This document shows positions 40,458 through 50,861 of a DNA stretch of 64,000 nt, piece by piece; the first letter of the stretch is position 1, and every line of letters starts with the position of its first letter. The translations under genes and the position numbers were made by a program. Location: the NCBI GenBank assembly GCA_034189085.1, contig JAXHVH010000008.1, positions 104 through 64,103 of the forward strand, read 5' to 3'. Source of the stretch: Bacillota bacterium (GTDB taxonomy: Bacteria; Bacillota; Dethiobacteria; DTU022). The notes beneath the pieces were generated by a model. It searched no databases. It saw nothing but the letters and a program-made list of their open reading frames with translations, and was not told where the DNA came from.

Positions 40458-43400
40458 GTGCCCGAGAGGTTTCTCGATTTATGGCCAGAAGATCAGGCCT
40501 TCAAAAAGATTATCAGCGAGATACATGATTCACCGGCATACAGGGTCTCGGTAACCGGCCTGGATGGCAGTGCCAGGTCATTTTTCGCCGCCGGCCTGTC
40601 CAGGCATGCCGGCCGGCCTCTTCTGGTTGTTGCAGCTGATACCGACCGGGCTGAAAGAATTATTACCGATCTTTCTGCATATTTCCCCGGTAAAGTAAAC
40701 ATGCTTCCGCCGCGAGAGCTTTTTCTCAACACGGAAGTACTATCGCGCAGTGAAGAATACCCGCGGATGAGATTACGCTTTATGGAATGGTTGAAAAGCA
40801 GAAACTGTGGTATCTATGTCACAACCGGTGATGCCCTGCTTGCGAAAGAACTGCCGCCGGCAATATGGGAAGATTTGATTGTCAGGTTGCAGCAGGGCAA
40901 AACTGTGGAGCGCCAGGCTTTAATTGACAGGCTTGTGGAAACTGGTTATCAAAGAAGCGCTTTAACGGAAACTGCCGGTCAGTTCAGCGCCCGCGGAGAT
41001 ATAATTGATATTTACCCACCGGCCGGTGGCTCCCCGTACCGGTTAGATCTTTTTGATAATGTGATTGAGTCAATTAAATATTTTGATCCTTCAACCCAGC
41101 GTTCAATGGATATGACTGATGAAGCCGTGATCCTGCCGGCCAGGGAGCTGCCTCTGCCGGCGAAGGTTTATGCCAGGGGGCGACAGTTGATACTCAAGAA
41201 ACTTGAAAGCGCTGTTGCCAGTCTGACCCGGCGAGGTGAAGAAAAGGCAGCGGTTGTTTTAAAAGAGCAGATTAACCGTCACCTGGAAAGGTTGTCCCAG
41301 CCCGACGGCCTTGACATGCTGAGTTCTTACTTTTCATTCTTTTACGGTGACGGCGCTTCATTGCTTGATTACCTGTCTTCGGATCACCTGGTGGTTGTCG
41401 AAGAACCGGCTACCCTGATCGAAAAAGGGAACAATCTGCGGCATGAACTGGCCGTTTACCTGAGCAATGTTTTGCTCAATGCCGGGTTAATAGTTAATAA
41501 TCACCAGCAGCTCTGGGATGAAGAAGAACTGTTTCAACGAACTCGCTGCCCCCTGCTCTTTTGTTCTCTTTTCCCCGGAGATAACATTGCGGGTGGTGAT
41601 TTGCCGGCATATCATTTCGAGGCTAAGAGTGCCCCTTCGTATCATGGGCAGCGGGATCTTTTCAGGAACGATTACAAAAGATGGCTGGAAAATGGCTACA
41701 GCGTTTATCTGATCGCCGGGACTGAGAAACGCGGCCGGGGGTTGAGAGAATTTTTGGCTGATCCCGAAGAACCGGGGTTGCAGCATAAAGAAAATTTACC
41801 GTTTATTGATCCGGAACAGGTAGCGGTTCTCACTGGCACCCTGGAGGAAGGATTTGTCGTGCCTTCTTTGAAACTGGCGGTTATAGACGAACAAAACCTG
41901 TTGCCAAAACGGAAAAAGAAAAAAAGAGCTTTCCCAAAAAGCGGTGTTCGGCTAAGCGATTATCGTGAACTGAAGCCGGGTGATTATGTAGTCCACGAAC
42001 AGCATGGCATCGGCAGGTATCAGGGGATCAACACTCTTGAAATCGGGGGGACAATGCGTGATTACCTTATGCTGCGCTACAGGGGTGCCGATCGCCTTTA
42101 TATACCAATCGACCAGGTAGAGCTGATTCAGAAATATTCGGGGGGCGAGGGGCCTCCTCCCCGCCTGCACAGCCTGGGAGGAGGGGAATGGCAGCGCATC
42201 AAGAGCAGGGTCAGCCGTTCGGTAGAAGAACTGGCCCGGGAACTTTTATCTCTTTACGCTGCCAGGCAGGCTGTGGAAGGGTATGCCTTTGGTCCCGATC
42301 ATTCCTGGCAGGAAGAATTCGAAGCAAATTTCCCTTACGAGGAAACCCCGGATCAACAGCGCGCCATTGTCGATGTGAAAACCGACCTGGAAAAGAAACA
42401 GCCTATGGACAGGTTGATCTGTGGTGATGTTGGTTATGGGAAAACTGAGGTAGCCATGAGGGCTGCTTTTAAAGTAGTCCTGGAAGGGAAGCAGGTTGCT
42501 GTACTTGTTCCAACCACGGTATTGGCAATGCAGCATTACAATACTTTCCGGGAACGATTTGCAGGATTTCCCGTAAAAATTGCCTGCCTGAGCAGGTTTG
42601 TAACGAAGAGCAAGCAAAAAGAAATAATTGAAGATCTCTCAACCGGTAAGATCGACATTGTAATTGCGACCCATCGTCTTCTATCTGCGGACATCTCTTT
42701 TAACGATCTGGGGCTCTTTGTTATAGACGAAGAACAGCGATTTGGAGTACGCCAGAAAGAAAAAATGAAGAAAATGCGCCTGGAAGTAGACACACTGGCT
42801 CTTACTGCTACACCTATTCCGAGGACACTTCACCTTTCCCTGGCAGGGGCCAGGGATCTGAGTATCATCGAAACACCGCCTGAAAATCGTTTCCCCATCC
42901 AGACTTATGTCCTGGAGTACTCTGAAGAGTTGCTGCGGGAAGCAGTTCAGCGTGAACTCAGCCGGAGTGGGCAGGTTTTCATTGTCTACAACAGGATTGA
43001 TCGAATTAACAGGTTTGCGGAACGTATTCAAAAAATATTTCCGGAGGCATCGGTTGCTGTTGGACACGGTCGGATGCCGGAAGCAAATCTTGAGCGGGTT
43101 ATGACCGATTTTCAGGCCGGCCTTCACCAGATCTTGATCAGCACAACGATCATAGAATCAGGCCTTGACATTCCCAATGTTAATACATTAATCATCTGCG
43201 ATGCTGATAAATTCGGCCTGGCTCAGCTTTATCAGATCAGGGGTCGGGTCGGACGTTCCGATCGCCTGGCTTATGCTTACCTTACTTATCGAAGAGACAA
43301 GGTGGTATCTGAAGTTGCTCGCAAGAGGTTAAAGGCGATTAAAGAATTTACCGAGCTCGGTTCAGGGTTTAAAATAGCCCTGCGGGATCTGGAGATTCGA

Positions 43401-44015
43401 GGCGCGGGTACTATCCTTGGTGCCGAACAACATGGATTTATTGCTGCTGTGGGGTATGATCTATATGTCAAGCTGCTCGATCAAGCCGTTGCCGTGCTGA
43501 AAGATGAAAAAATCACACCAAAAGTTGACACCAGGCTTGATCTTCCTGTGGATGCCTATATTCCATCCTCCTATGTCGGAGCTCAGGCTCAAAAGTTTGA
43601 TTTCTACCGTCGCATTTACGGAAGTGAATCGCTGCAAGAATTGCTGGAACTTGGTGAAGAACTGGTCGATCGGTTTGGGACGCCACCCGAGCCGGTCAAT
43701 AATTTATTAAAAATTGGAGAACTGCGTATTCTGGCAGCCCGGCTAAAAGTTGCTTCTGTCCAGCAGAAAAAAACAATTCAGATCCGTTTTACTCCAGGTG
43801 CATCTGTGGATGAAAACTATTTAGGACGTATCAATACGGTTGACCGACAGAGTCTCATCAAAGACAGGAGAGAACCTCTTACAGTCAGGATAAAACCCGA
43901 CGGATTGCAGGGAGCTGTTATCGATGGTCTGCTCTCCCTGTTCAGAGAATTGATGGCCATGCAAGAGGGACAGGAAGAACAGACTGCTGACAGTGGGGTC
44001 TCCAACCTGCTATAA
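40458..44015 (+). CDS. mfd: Transcription-repair coupling factor
   Basis: UvrB-homology N-terminus, TRG motif, DExH helicase core (GDVGYGKTEVA, DEEQRFGV), TRCF C-domain. GTG 40458 lies 8 nt after AAAGGAG. The track's earlier ATG is unlikely. Confidence 0.9.
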   Translation: MPERFLDLWPEDQAFKKIISEIHDSPAYRVSVTGLDGSARSFFAAGLSRHAGRPLLVVAADTDRAERIITDLSAYFPGKVNMLPPRELFLNTEVLSRSEEYPRMRLRFMEWLKSRNCGIYVTTGDALLAKELPPAIWEDLIVRLQQGKTVERQALIDRLVETGYQRSALTETAGQFSARGDIIDIYPPAGGSPYRLDLFDNVIESIKYFDPSTQRSMDMTDEAVILPARELPLPAKVYARGRQLILKKLESAVASLTRRGEEKAAVVLKEQINRHLERLSQPDGLDMLSSYFSFFYGDGASLLDYLSSDHLVVVEEPATLIEKGNNLRHELAVYLSNVLLNAGLIVNNHQQLWDEEELFQRTRCPLLFCSLFPGDNIAGGDLPAYHFEAKSAPSYHGQRDLFRNDYKRWLENGYSVYLIAGTEKRGRGLREFLADPEEPGLQHKENLPFIDPEQVAVLTGTLEEGFVVPSLKLAVIDEQNLLPKRKKKKRAFPKSGVRLSDYRELKPGDYVVHEQHGIGRYQGINTLEIGGTMRDYLMLRYRGADRLYIPIDQVELIQKYSGGEGPPPRLHSLGGGEWQRIKSRVSRSVEELARELLSLYAARQAVEGYAFGPDHSWQEEFEANFPYEETPDQQRAIVDVKTDLEKKQPMDRLICGDVGYGKTEVAMRAAFKVVLEGKQVAVLVPTTVLAMQHYNTFRERFAGFPVKIACLSRFVTKSKQKEIIEDLSTGKIDIVIATHRLLSADISFNDLGLFVIDEEQRFGVRQKEKMKKMRLEVDTLALTATPIPRTLHLSLAGARDLSIIETPPENRFPIQTYVLEYSEELLREAVQRELSRSGQVFIVYNRIDRINRFAERIQKIFPEASVAVGHGRMPEANLERVMTDFQAGLHQILISTTIIESGLDIPNVNTLIICDADKFGLAQLYQIRGRVGRSDRLAYAYLTYRRDKVVSEVARKRLKAIKEFTELGSGFKIALRDLEIRGAGTILGAEQHGFIAAVGYDLYVKLLDQAVAVLKDEKITPKVDTRLDLPVDAYIPSSYVGAQAQKFDFYRRIYGSESLQELLELGEELVDRFGTPPEPVNNLLKIGELRILAARLKVASVQQKKTIQIRFTPGASVDENYLGRINTVDRQSLIKDRREPLTVRIKPDGLQGAVIDGLLSLFRELMAMQEGQEEQTADSGVSNLL

Positions 44016-44050
44016 TACAGGTCAGAATAACTTTAAGAAGGTAATATTTT

Positions 44051-45682
44051 TTGGGCACCAGCTATTCATCATTTGTCAGAGGAGCAGCTATTCTGGCTGT
44101 AACCGGTGTCGCCGCACGGATTGTGGGAGCCGTCTTCAGGATAGCCCTGGCCGCCATCCTGGGTGATGAAGGGATCGGTCTTTACCAGTATGCGTATCCC
44201 ATCTATTCAACCCTGCTGGTGATATCTACTGCCGGTATTCCCGTTGCCCTCTCTAAAATAATGGCCGAGAAAATAGCCATACGTGAATACGGCGAAGCAA
44301 TGAGAGTATTCCGCATTGCTTTTGTTATTCTCATGCTCAGCGGCCTGGCTATATTTTTTGTTCTTCTGCTGGGGGCTGAGTTTATTGCCGCTACGGTGAT
44401 CGGGGATATGAAAGCGGTTTATCCCCTGATGGCAATTTCACCAGCTATTTTCTTTGTGACAATTATGGCCTCGTTGCGAGGGTTTTTCCAGGGGCAACAG
44501 AATATGTTGCCCACCGCTCTTTCACAGCTTATAGAACAGCTGGTCAGAGTCGGATTTGCCCTGGGCCTGGTTTTATTGTACCTGCCGGTAGGTCTTGAAT
44601 ATGCCGCCGCCGGGGCAACTTCTGGAGCAGCAGCGGGCGGGTTGGCCGGCCTTTTATTCCTGGCATTCCTTTACTGGAGAAACCGTCGTTCCCTATGGCA
44701 GGAAAAGAAAAGCGAAAGTAGTAATCCCGAATCTGTAAGCCGGATAATCAGTCGTATTCTGAGCCTGGCGGTGCCGGTAACAATCGGCGGGCTGGTTATT
44801 CCCCTTATATCACTGATCGATCTGGTAGTAGTCCCCCGGCAGTTGCAGGCGGCTGGTTTTGATATTGCAAGCGCACGCGCTTTGTATGGACAGCTTACCG
44901 GTATGGCCGGTTCCGTTGTTTATTTTCCCAATGTAGTGGCTTTGGCTCTCAGTATGAGCCTTGTACCGGCAATTTCTGAAGCTTATGCCCTGAAGGATGA
45001 CGGTCTTATTCGCAGTCGATCAGCTGTTGCTGTGAAATTAACAGCCCTGTTTTCCATCCCTTCAGCTATTGGTTTATTCGTGCTGGCTGAACCGATAACC
45101 GTGCTCCTATTTAATAATGCCGAAGCCGGTTATCCTCTTGCCTGGATGTCCTGGTCAGTGATTCCCCTTTGCATCTATGTTTCCACAACCGGTTTAATAC
45201 AGGGCCTTGGAAAACCGATCATCCCTGCTCTCAATATGCTATACGGAGGAATTGTTAAAACAATTCTGGCATGGTACCTCACTGCTATTCCGTCACTTAA
45301 TGTTGGTGGTGCTGCCATGGCGTCTGTAATCGGTCTTGCAGTAGCGGCAGCATTGAACCTTTATCATGTCCGCCGTTTTACAGGATGGCGGGGAAGAGTG
45401 TGGGAATTGCTTGTTCTGCCGGGTATAGCCAGTGCAGCCATGGCTCTTGCAGCGTACCTTGTTTATAGTACTATAGCCGGTTTGGCGGGTGGGTTTTTAT
45501 CCGGTGGCCTGCTTAATCTGCTTGCTACCCTGGCAGCAATTACTGTGGGGATCATTGTATACGTAGTCGTCCTACTTCTTTCCGGTGGTTTTACAGGGGA
45601 AGAGCTGCAGATGCTTCCTTTCATTGGCAGGAAACTTGCTGTGCTGGCAAAACGCGGCAGGAAAAAGTCTGGCTTGGATTAA
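44051..45682 (+). CDS. MOP-superfamily polysaccharide/lipid-II flippase (SpoVB/YabM-like)
   Basis: 543 aa, about 14 predicted TM helices. Position after mfd matches B. subtilis yabM. Confidence 0.7.
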   Translation: MGTSYSSFVRGAAILAVTGVAARIVGAVFRIALAAILGDEGIGLYQYAYPIYSTLLVISTAGIPVALSKIMAEKIAIREYGEAMRVFRIAFVILMLSGLAIFFVLLLGAEFIAATVIGDMKAVYPLMAISPAIFFVTIMASLRGFFQGQQNMLPTALSQLIEQLVRVGFALGLVLLYLPVGLEYAAAGATSGAAAGGLAGLLFLAFLYWRNRRSLWQEKKSESSNPESVSRIISRILSLAVPVTIGGLVIPLISLIDLVVVPRQLQAAGFDIASARALYGQLTGMAGSVVYFPNVVALALSMSLVPAISEAYALKDDGLIRSRSAVAVKLTALFSIPSAIGLFVLAEPITVLLFNNAEAGYPLAWMSWSVIPLCIYVSTTGLIQGLGKPIIPALNMLYGGIVKTILAWYLTAIPSLNVGGAAMASVIGLAVAAALNLYHVRRFTGWRGRVWELLVLPGIASAAMALAAYLVYSTIAGLAGGFLSGGLLNLLATLAAITVGIIVYVVVLLLSGGFTGEELQMLPFIGRKLAVLAKRGRKKSGLD

Positions 45683-45764
45683 GAAAGCACCGGGCGGCTT
45701 TTTACTCCTGAAGTTATTTTGTGTTTTAACAAATTTGCAATTGTGTTTTTCGGGAGGTAATTGA

Positions 45765-47219
45765 ATGGATCAAATAATTGTCATCGGCCTGGGGCCGGGG
45801 TCTCCCCGGGATGTAACAAGGGAAGCACTGTCCTGGCTCAAAAAAGACTACTTCGTTTATTATCGCACTCTTAAGCATCCTGCTGCCAGGCGCTATGCGG
45901 CACTTGGTAAAAATTGGCAATCCTTTGATTATCTCTATGAAAATGAAGAAGATTTTTCTCATGTTTACAGGAAGATAACTTTTAGATTGATCAGGGCTAC
46001 CAGACGATATGGGACTGTGTGTTACGCTGTCCCGGGGCACCCGGATGTTGGAGAAATGGTTGTTGAAAAATTGCGGAAAATTTGCCCGAAGCTGGGTATC
46101 AGCCTGCAGGTCGTATCCGGGATAAGTTTTGTTGAGCCCCTTTTAAACGCTCTTCAAATTGATCTACTGGAGGGTTTCAGTATCTATGATGCCCTGGCAC
46201 TTGATTCTTTAAAAGAACAATCGTCCAATCATCTTATCCTGGTCCAGGTATATAATAATTTCATCGCTTCGCAGGTAAAATTGAAATTGATGGGGATATA
46301 CCCGGAACACTATCCGGTAACAGTAATCAGGGCGGCGGGTACTCCTTTTGAAAAAAGATGGACAGGCCCGCTTTATGCTCTTGATCGACAACCTCTTTTT
46401 GATTATTATTCAACCATATATTTGGCGCCTTCCGCTAAAAAGGCCATCGGTGATCTGCTTGGTGTTATGACCAGGCTGCGAGCCCCTGATGGTTGCCCCT
46501 GGGATAGAGAGCAGACCCATATCAGTTTGCGACAGTACCTGATCGAGGAAGCATATGAAGTTGTTTCCGCCATTGAAAAGGGGGACGATCAATCATTAAA
46601 AGAAGAACTGGGTGATCTGCTTTTACAGGTTGTTTTTCACTGTGAAATTGCCAGGGAAGAAAAGCGGTTTGATTTTTTTGATGTAATTGAAGGAATTACC
46701 GAAAAATTAGTTCGCCGCCATCCTCATGTTTTCGGCTGTGAGAAAGCAAATGATCCTGCCCAGGTCAAAGTCATCTGGGAGAAAATTAAATCGGAAGAAC
46801 GCCACGAAGACAAAGCCAGTCAATATCTTTCAATTGATCATGGCCTGCCAGCCTTGTTAAAAGCATATAAATTACAGAAAAAGGCTGCCCAATTCGGTTT
46901 CGATTGGCCTGCTCTTGACGGCCCCCTGCAGAAAGCTGAAGAAGAACTTTCCGAGCTTAAGGAAGCCTGCAGGGATGAAGACAGTGTTGCGATTGAAGAA
47001 GAAATAGGCGATTACTTCTTTTCAATAGTTAATGTTGCTCGCTTCTTGAAGGTGAACCCTGAAATGGCCCTTGGCAAGACCATAAAAAAATTCATGGATC
47101 GTTTTCAATATATCACTGAACAGGCTGAAAAAAAGAATCGTCCGCTGAAGGAGTTTACCTTGAAAGAAATGGATGAATGGTGGGAAGAAGCCAAAAAAAT
47201 AAGGAAAATTGGCGAATAA
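45765..47219 (+). CDS. mazG: YabN-type fusion: tetrapyrrole-methylase-like N-domain + MazG nucleoside triphosphate pyrophosphohydrolase
   Basis: N-terminal IIVIGLGPGSPRDVT (TP_methylase fold). C-terminal tandem MazG EExxE motifs (EEAYEV…, EELGDLLLQVVFH…, EEIGDYFFSIVNVARF). Confidence 0.85.
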   Translation: MDQIIVIGLGPGSPRDVTREALSWLKKDYFVYYRTLKHPAARRYAALGKNWQSFDYLYENEEDFSHVYRKITFRLIRATRRYGTVCYAVPGHPDVGEMVVEKLRKICPKLGISLQVVSGISFVEPLLNALQIDLLEGFSIYDALALDSLKEQSSNHLILVQVYNNFIASQVKLKLMGIYPEHYPVTVIRAAGTPFEKRWTGPLYALDRQPLFDYYSTIYLAPSAKKAIGDLLGVMTRLRAPDGCPWDREQTHISLRQYLIEEAYEVVSAIEKGDDQSLKEELGDLLLQVVFHCEIAREEKRFDFFDVIEGITEKLVRRHPHVFGCEKANDPAQVKVIWEKIKSEERHEDKASQYLSIDHGLPALLKAYKLQKKAAQFGFDWPALDGPLQKAEEELSELKEACRDEDSVAIEEEIGDYFFSIVNVARFLKVNPEMALGKTIKKFMDRFQYITEQAEKKNRPLKEFTLKEMDEWWEEAKKIRKIGE

Positions 47220-47297
47220 AGAAGGAATCTATTTCATCAGCGCGAATAATGATCAACTAATTAGATATTCCATTTTGTATGAGGAGGGCTTTAAACA

Positions 47298-47570
47298 GTG
47301 AACAAATCTGAACTGGTTGATCTGGTTGCAGAGAAAGCGGGAATGTCCAAAAAGGACAGTGAAAAAGCGGTTAAAGCGGTGCTGGAAAGCATAACTGACG
47401 GTCTGGTGGGTGGGGATAAAGTACAGCTGGTAGGTTTTGGAACTTTCGAGGTCCGCAAGCGTAAAGAAAGAGAAGGGCGCAACCCGGCTACGGGAGAAAA
47501 AATCAAAATTAAGGCTTTGAAGGTTCCTGCTTTTAAACCGGGCAAAGCATTGAAGGAAAAAGTAAAATAA
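47298..47570 (+). CDS. hup: DNA-binding protein HU
   Basis: MNKSELVDLVAEKAG…GFGTFEVRKRKEREGRNPATGEKIKI is the classic HU sequence. GTG start 9 nt after GAGGAGGG. Confidence 0.9.
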   Translation: MNKSELVDLVAEKAGMSKKDSEKAVKAVLESITDGLVGGDKVQLVGFGTFEVRKRKEREGRNPATGEKIKIKALKVPAFKPGKALKEKVK

Positions 47571-47611
47571 CTTAACAGTTATTATAAATATTGAAAATTA
47601 TTGCTGTCATT

Positions 47612-47637
47612 AAATCCTCCTCTGGAGGATTTTTTTT
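47612..47637 (+). terminator. Rho-independent terminator after hup
   Basis: AAATCCTCC-TCTG-GAGGATTT perfect hairpin followed by T8. Confidence 0.75.
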
Positions 47638-47756
47638 AAAAAGTATACCTTTCTTTAAATGGCAAAATAAGTTATTATTATCCTGTAAGGGCAGGAAATT
47701 GATCTTTTCTGTCGAAGTGCATTAAAAATAGATGGTTGTGAGACGGTGAGTCCAAA

Positions 47757-48092
47757 ATGAAAGCTAAAAACAGGACCGGGAAAAAAGAGGTATCAGTTTT
47801 CCCCCGGCAGTACAGAGAGACTAATTATAGCTCTTACCGTTTGGTAAGTGCTGTTGGCATATTAGTGATAGTTGCTCTGTTGCTGATGATCGGGGCCCAG
47901 TATGTCAAGCAATGCATGGTCAAAGATGAACTGGCCGAATATGAAGCCCGCATTGATGAACTCGAAATCCGCAGGGAGATGCTGAAAGGAGAGATTGAAA
48001 GGCTTCAGGATCCCGAATACATTGAAGTGATGGCTCGGGACAGGCTGGGTTTGGTAAAGCCCGGAGAGGAAATATTTCAACTGGGGGATTGA
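47757..48092 (+). CDS. divIC: Septum formation initiator FtsB/DivIC family
   Basis: N-terminal TM helix, coiled coil (ELAEYEARIDELEIRREMLKGEIERLQDPEYIEVMARDRLGLVKPGE). Confidence 0.75.
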   Translation: MKAKNRTGKKEVSVFPRQYRETNYSSYRLVSAVGILVIVALLLMIGAQYVKQCMVKDELAEYEARIDELEIRREMLKGEIERLQDPEYIEVMARDRLGLVKPGEEIFQLGD

Positions 48093-48159
48093 CAATAGTA
48101 ACATAATCGTTATAATACTTTTAGTTATGATTTAAAAATAACGCAAGGAGGAGTTTTTC

Positions 48160-48573
48160 ATCAAGAAGGAAATTAAAGTTGGCAGTATTCTGGAGGGAGT
48201 GATTACCGGGATCACAAAATTCGGAGCCTTTGTGGAACTACCTGGTGGAACAACAGGCCTTGTCCACATATCCGAAATAGCAGACGAGTACGTAAAAGAC
48301 ATCAATGATTTTTTTAAAAAAGCGGACAAAGTAAAAGTTAAGGTGCTCTCGGTAGAAAGCAATGGAAAAATAGGCCTTTCGATCAGGCAGGCGGTAGAAG
48401 GGTATTCGCCTAACAAGAAGAACAGCAGGAATAAACCTGATACAACAAGCAAGACCTCATTTGAAGACAAAATGAGCCGTTTTCTCAAGGAAAGCGATGA
48501 ACGCCTGCTTGATTTGAAGCGCAATACCGAATCAAAAAGAGGCGGCCGTGGTTCTTTCAGGGAAGCTTTTTAG
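48160..48573 (+). CDS. yabR: S1 RNA-binding domain protein YabR (probable non-canonical start)
   Basis: S1 domain …VGSILEGVITGITKFGAFVELPGGTTGLVHISEIADEYVKDI… The first in-frame GTG is 48199. Conserved S1 residues (KVGSILEG) lie upstream of it with no ATG/GTG/TTG. AAGGAGGAG lies 8 nt before ATC 48160. Confidence 0.55.
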   Translation: MKKEIKVGSILEGVITGITKFGAFVELPGGTTGLVHISEIADEYVKDINDFFKKADKVKVKVLSVESNGKIGLSIRQAVEGYSPNKKNSRNKPDTTSKTSFEDKMSRFLKESDERLLDLKRNTESKRGGRGSFREAF

Positions 48574-48608
48574 TTAGGATATCGTCAGTTTAGTGATTAA
48601 TCAAAAGG

Positions 48609-48632
48609 CACTCTGGATCAGGGTGTTTTTTT
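48609..48632 (+). terminator. Terminator after yabR
   Basis: CACTCTG-GAT-CAGGGTG hairpin (one G·U pair) followed by T7. Confidence 0.55.
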
Positions 48633-48683
48633 ATCTTTCCGATATAACTCTTTTGCCTTTCGATGAAAAGGTAGTGAGTAATC

Positions 48684-50093
48684 TTGGATCAAGTGGAAAA
48701 AGTTAAGAATTTTATAAAAGAACATAGCTTATTAACCGGTGGAGAAACAGTAGTCGCTGCTGTGTCGGGAGGGCCGGATTCGCTTTGCCTGCTTCACATG
48801 CTCGGCAGAGCCCTCCATGAATTAAAACTGAAAATAGTTGTGGCTCATCTTAACCACTGCCTCAGGCCCGAGGCAGGTAAAGAAGCTTTATTCGTCGAAA
48901 AAATTGCCGCTGACTGGTCTATGCCTTTTGAAATGAGAGTAGTTGATATCCGGGCTTTAAAAAAAGAGCGCCAGATTTCGGAAGAAGAAGCGGGACGCCT
49001 GGCCAGGTACAATTTATTCCGCGAGGTGGCGGCAAAATATCATGCTTCCGCTGTAGTTCTCGGGCATCACCGTGATGACCAGGCTGAAACTGTGTTGTTG
49101 AATATAATCAGGGGTACGGGAGTTGACGGTTTAGCCGGGATCCTGCCATGCCGCCGGGGGGATGGACTGAAGTTCCTGAGGCCGCTGCTTTGCCTGACCA
49201 GGAAAGAAATTGAAGCATATTGCAATGCCAAAGGTTTGCAGCCCTGCACAGACAGCAGTAATCTGGAGACTAATTATACCCGCAATAAACTGCGCCTTGA
49301 ACTAATACCCAGACTGGAAAAGGAATTCAATCCACGCATACGTGAATCTCTTTCAGGTCTGGCTTCGCTTGTTTTAAAAGATCGATTGTTCATGGACAAT
49401 TTGACCGAAAAGCATAGCCGAAGATTGATGAGGGATGGGGGAAATAAAACGGTTGTCAAGCGAGCTGCCTTGATGACTTTGCCGGGAGCTCTGCAAGGCC
49501 GGGTATTACGGCGGATTTTGGAAAAAAGTGGTTTGACAGAAGCCCCTGGCAGAGAGCACATTGAAGCTCTGCTGGATATGGTAAAGGAAGGCCGGAGAGG
49601 TTGGATTTATACTCTGCCCGGAGCGGTCCATGTTTATGACGACGGTCGTTTCCTTCAGTTTTTCAAAAAGGGAGAACCACAGCAATTATCATCGGTCCCG
49701 ATTCAGCTTACCCTCCCTGGCAGAACAGTGATACCGGGAAAGGGCTCGGTAACGGCCTGCATTGTCAAACCGGACCAGCTTTTCTGGCCGCCTCCGGCCT
49801 GCCGGGCTTACCTTGATTATGATAAAATCGACCACAAAAATTTGGCCATTCGATTTCGCTGGGCGGGGGCCCGCTTTTACCCCCAGGGTGCTTCCGGAAG
49901 CAGGAAGCTGAAAAAATTTTTTATTGATCAGAAAATACCAGCTCCGGAACGGGCTTCAGTGCCGCTCTTGACTACCGGAGACGAAATAATCTGGATTGTT
50001 GGTAAAAGGATTGCTCATCCATACAGGGTTACGGGAGAAACAGAACGGGTTTTACTCCTGGAATACAGGGTTTTTAAAAAACGGCGGTTTTAA
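48684..50093 (+). CDS. tilS: tRNA(Ile)-lysidine synthetase
   Basis: PP-loop VAAVSGGPDSLCLLH, substrate-binding and C-terminal domains present. TTG start. Confidence 0.85.
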   Translation: MDQVEKVKNFIKEHSLLTGGETVVAAVSGGPDSLCLLHMLGRALHELKLKIVVAHLNHCLRPEAGKEALFVEKIAADWSMPFEMRVVDIRALKKERQISEEEAGRLARYNLFREVAAKYHASAVVLGHHRDDQAETVLLNIIRGTGVDGLAGILPCRRGDGLKFLRPLLCLTRKEIEAYCNAKGLQPCTDSSNLETNYTRNKLRLELIPRLEKEFNPRIRESLSGLASLVLKDRLFMDNLTEKHSRRLMRDGGNKTVVKRAALMTLPGALQGRVLRRILEKSGLTEAPGREHIEALLDMVKEGRRGWIYTLPGAVHVYDDGRFLQFFKKGEPQQLSSVPIQLTLPGRTVIPGKGSVTACIVKPDQLFWPPPACRAYLDYDKIDHKNLAIRFRWAGARFYPQGASGSRKLKKFFIDQKIPAPERASVPLLTTGDEIIWIVGKRIAHPYRVTGETERVLLLEYRVFKKRRF

Positions 50094-50214
50094 CGGGTCT
50101 GAAAAGGCAGGCTGGTGCAATAATTAGTTTTACGAAGCCTGGACCCGGAAGCGGCTTTTTCTGCATAGCTCGGGATTGGCCCGGGTAAAATAACAGGGAA
50201 AAGGTGGTAACCAG

Positions 50215-50739
50215 GTGGCGAAAGAGGAGTTGGAAGTAATGCTCAGTGCAGAAGAAATCGGTAAGAGGGTGCGGGAACTGGCCTCCAATATTTCAGCTGA
50301 TTATAAGGGACGGAAACCTCTCCTGATCGGGGTTTTAAAAGGAGCGGTGGTCTTTTTAAGCGATCTGATTCGCAGCCTTGATATACCGGTGGAAATTGAC
50401 TTCATGGCTGTCTCAAGTTATGGCGCCGATACAGCGTCTTCCGGGGTTGTGCGCATACAAAAGGACCTTGATCGTAGTATCAAGGATAAGGATGTTTTAA
50501 TCATAGAAGACATTGTCGATACCGGCCTTACCCTCAGTTATCTCAAGGAAAACTTAAGCAGTCGTCAGCCAAGAACCTTAAAAGTGGCGACTCTTCTTGA
50601 TAAGCCGGATCGTCGTAAAGTAGAGTTTGATCCCGATTACTGCGGGTTTACCATTCCTGACCGTTTTGTCATCGGCTATGGATTGGATTATAATGAGGAT
50701 TATCGTCAGCTGGCCGATCTTTGTATTTTAAACGCCTGA
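50215..50739 (+). CDS. hpt: Hypoxanthine phosphoribosyltransferase
   Basis: PRPP-binding VLIIEDIVDTGLT. GTG start 7 nt after AAGGTGG. The tilS-hpt-ftsH order is conserved. Confidence 0.9.
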   Translation: MAKEELEVMLSAEEIGKRVRELASNISADYKGRKPLLIGVLKGAVVFLSDLIRSLDIPVEIDFMAVSSYGADTASSGVVRIQKDLDRSIKDKDVLIIEDIVDTGLTLSYLKENLSSRQPRTLKVATLLDKPDRRKVEFDPDYCGFTIPDRFVIGYGLDYNEDYRQLADLCILNA

Positions 50740-50861
50740 TCAAGAATACATGAGCCTGATTTCATTTATTTGCGGGATTGTGATTTAATTGCTTGTGATC
50801 TGCCGATGTGTTAAAATAAAGCGTAGGATTTGCAAGCTTTATATGGAGAGGAGGGTGCTTA

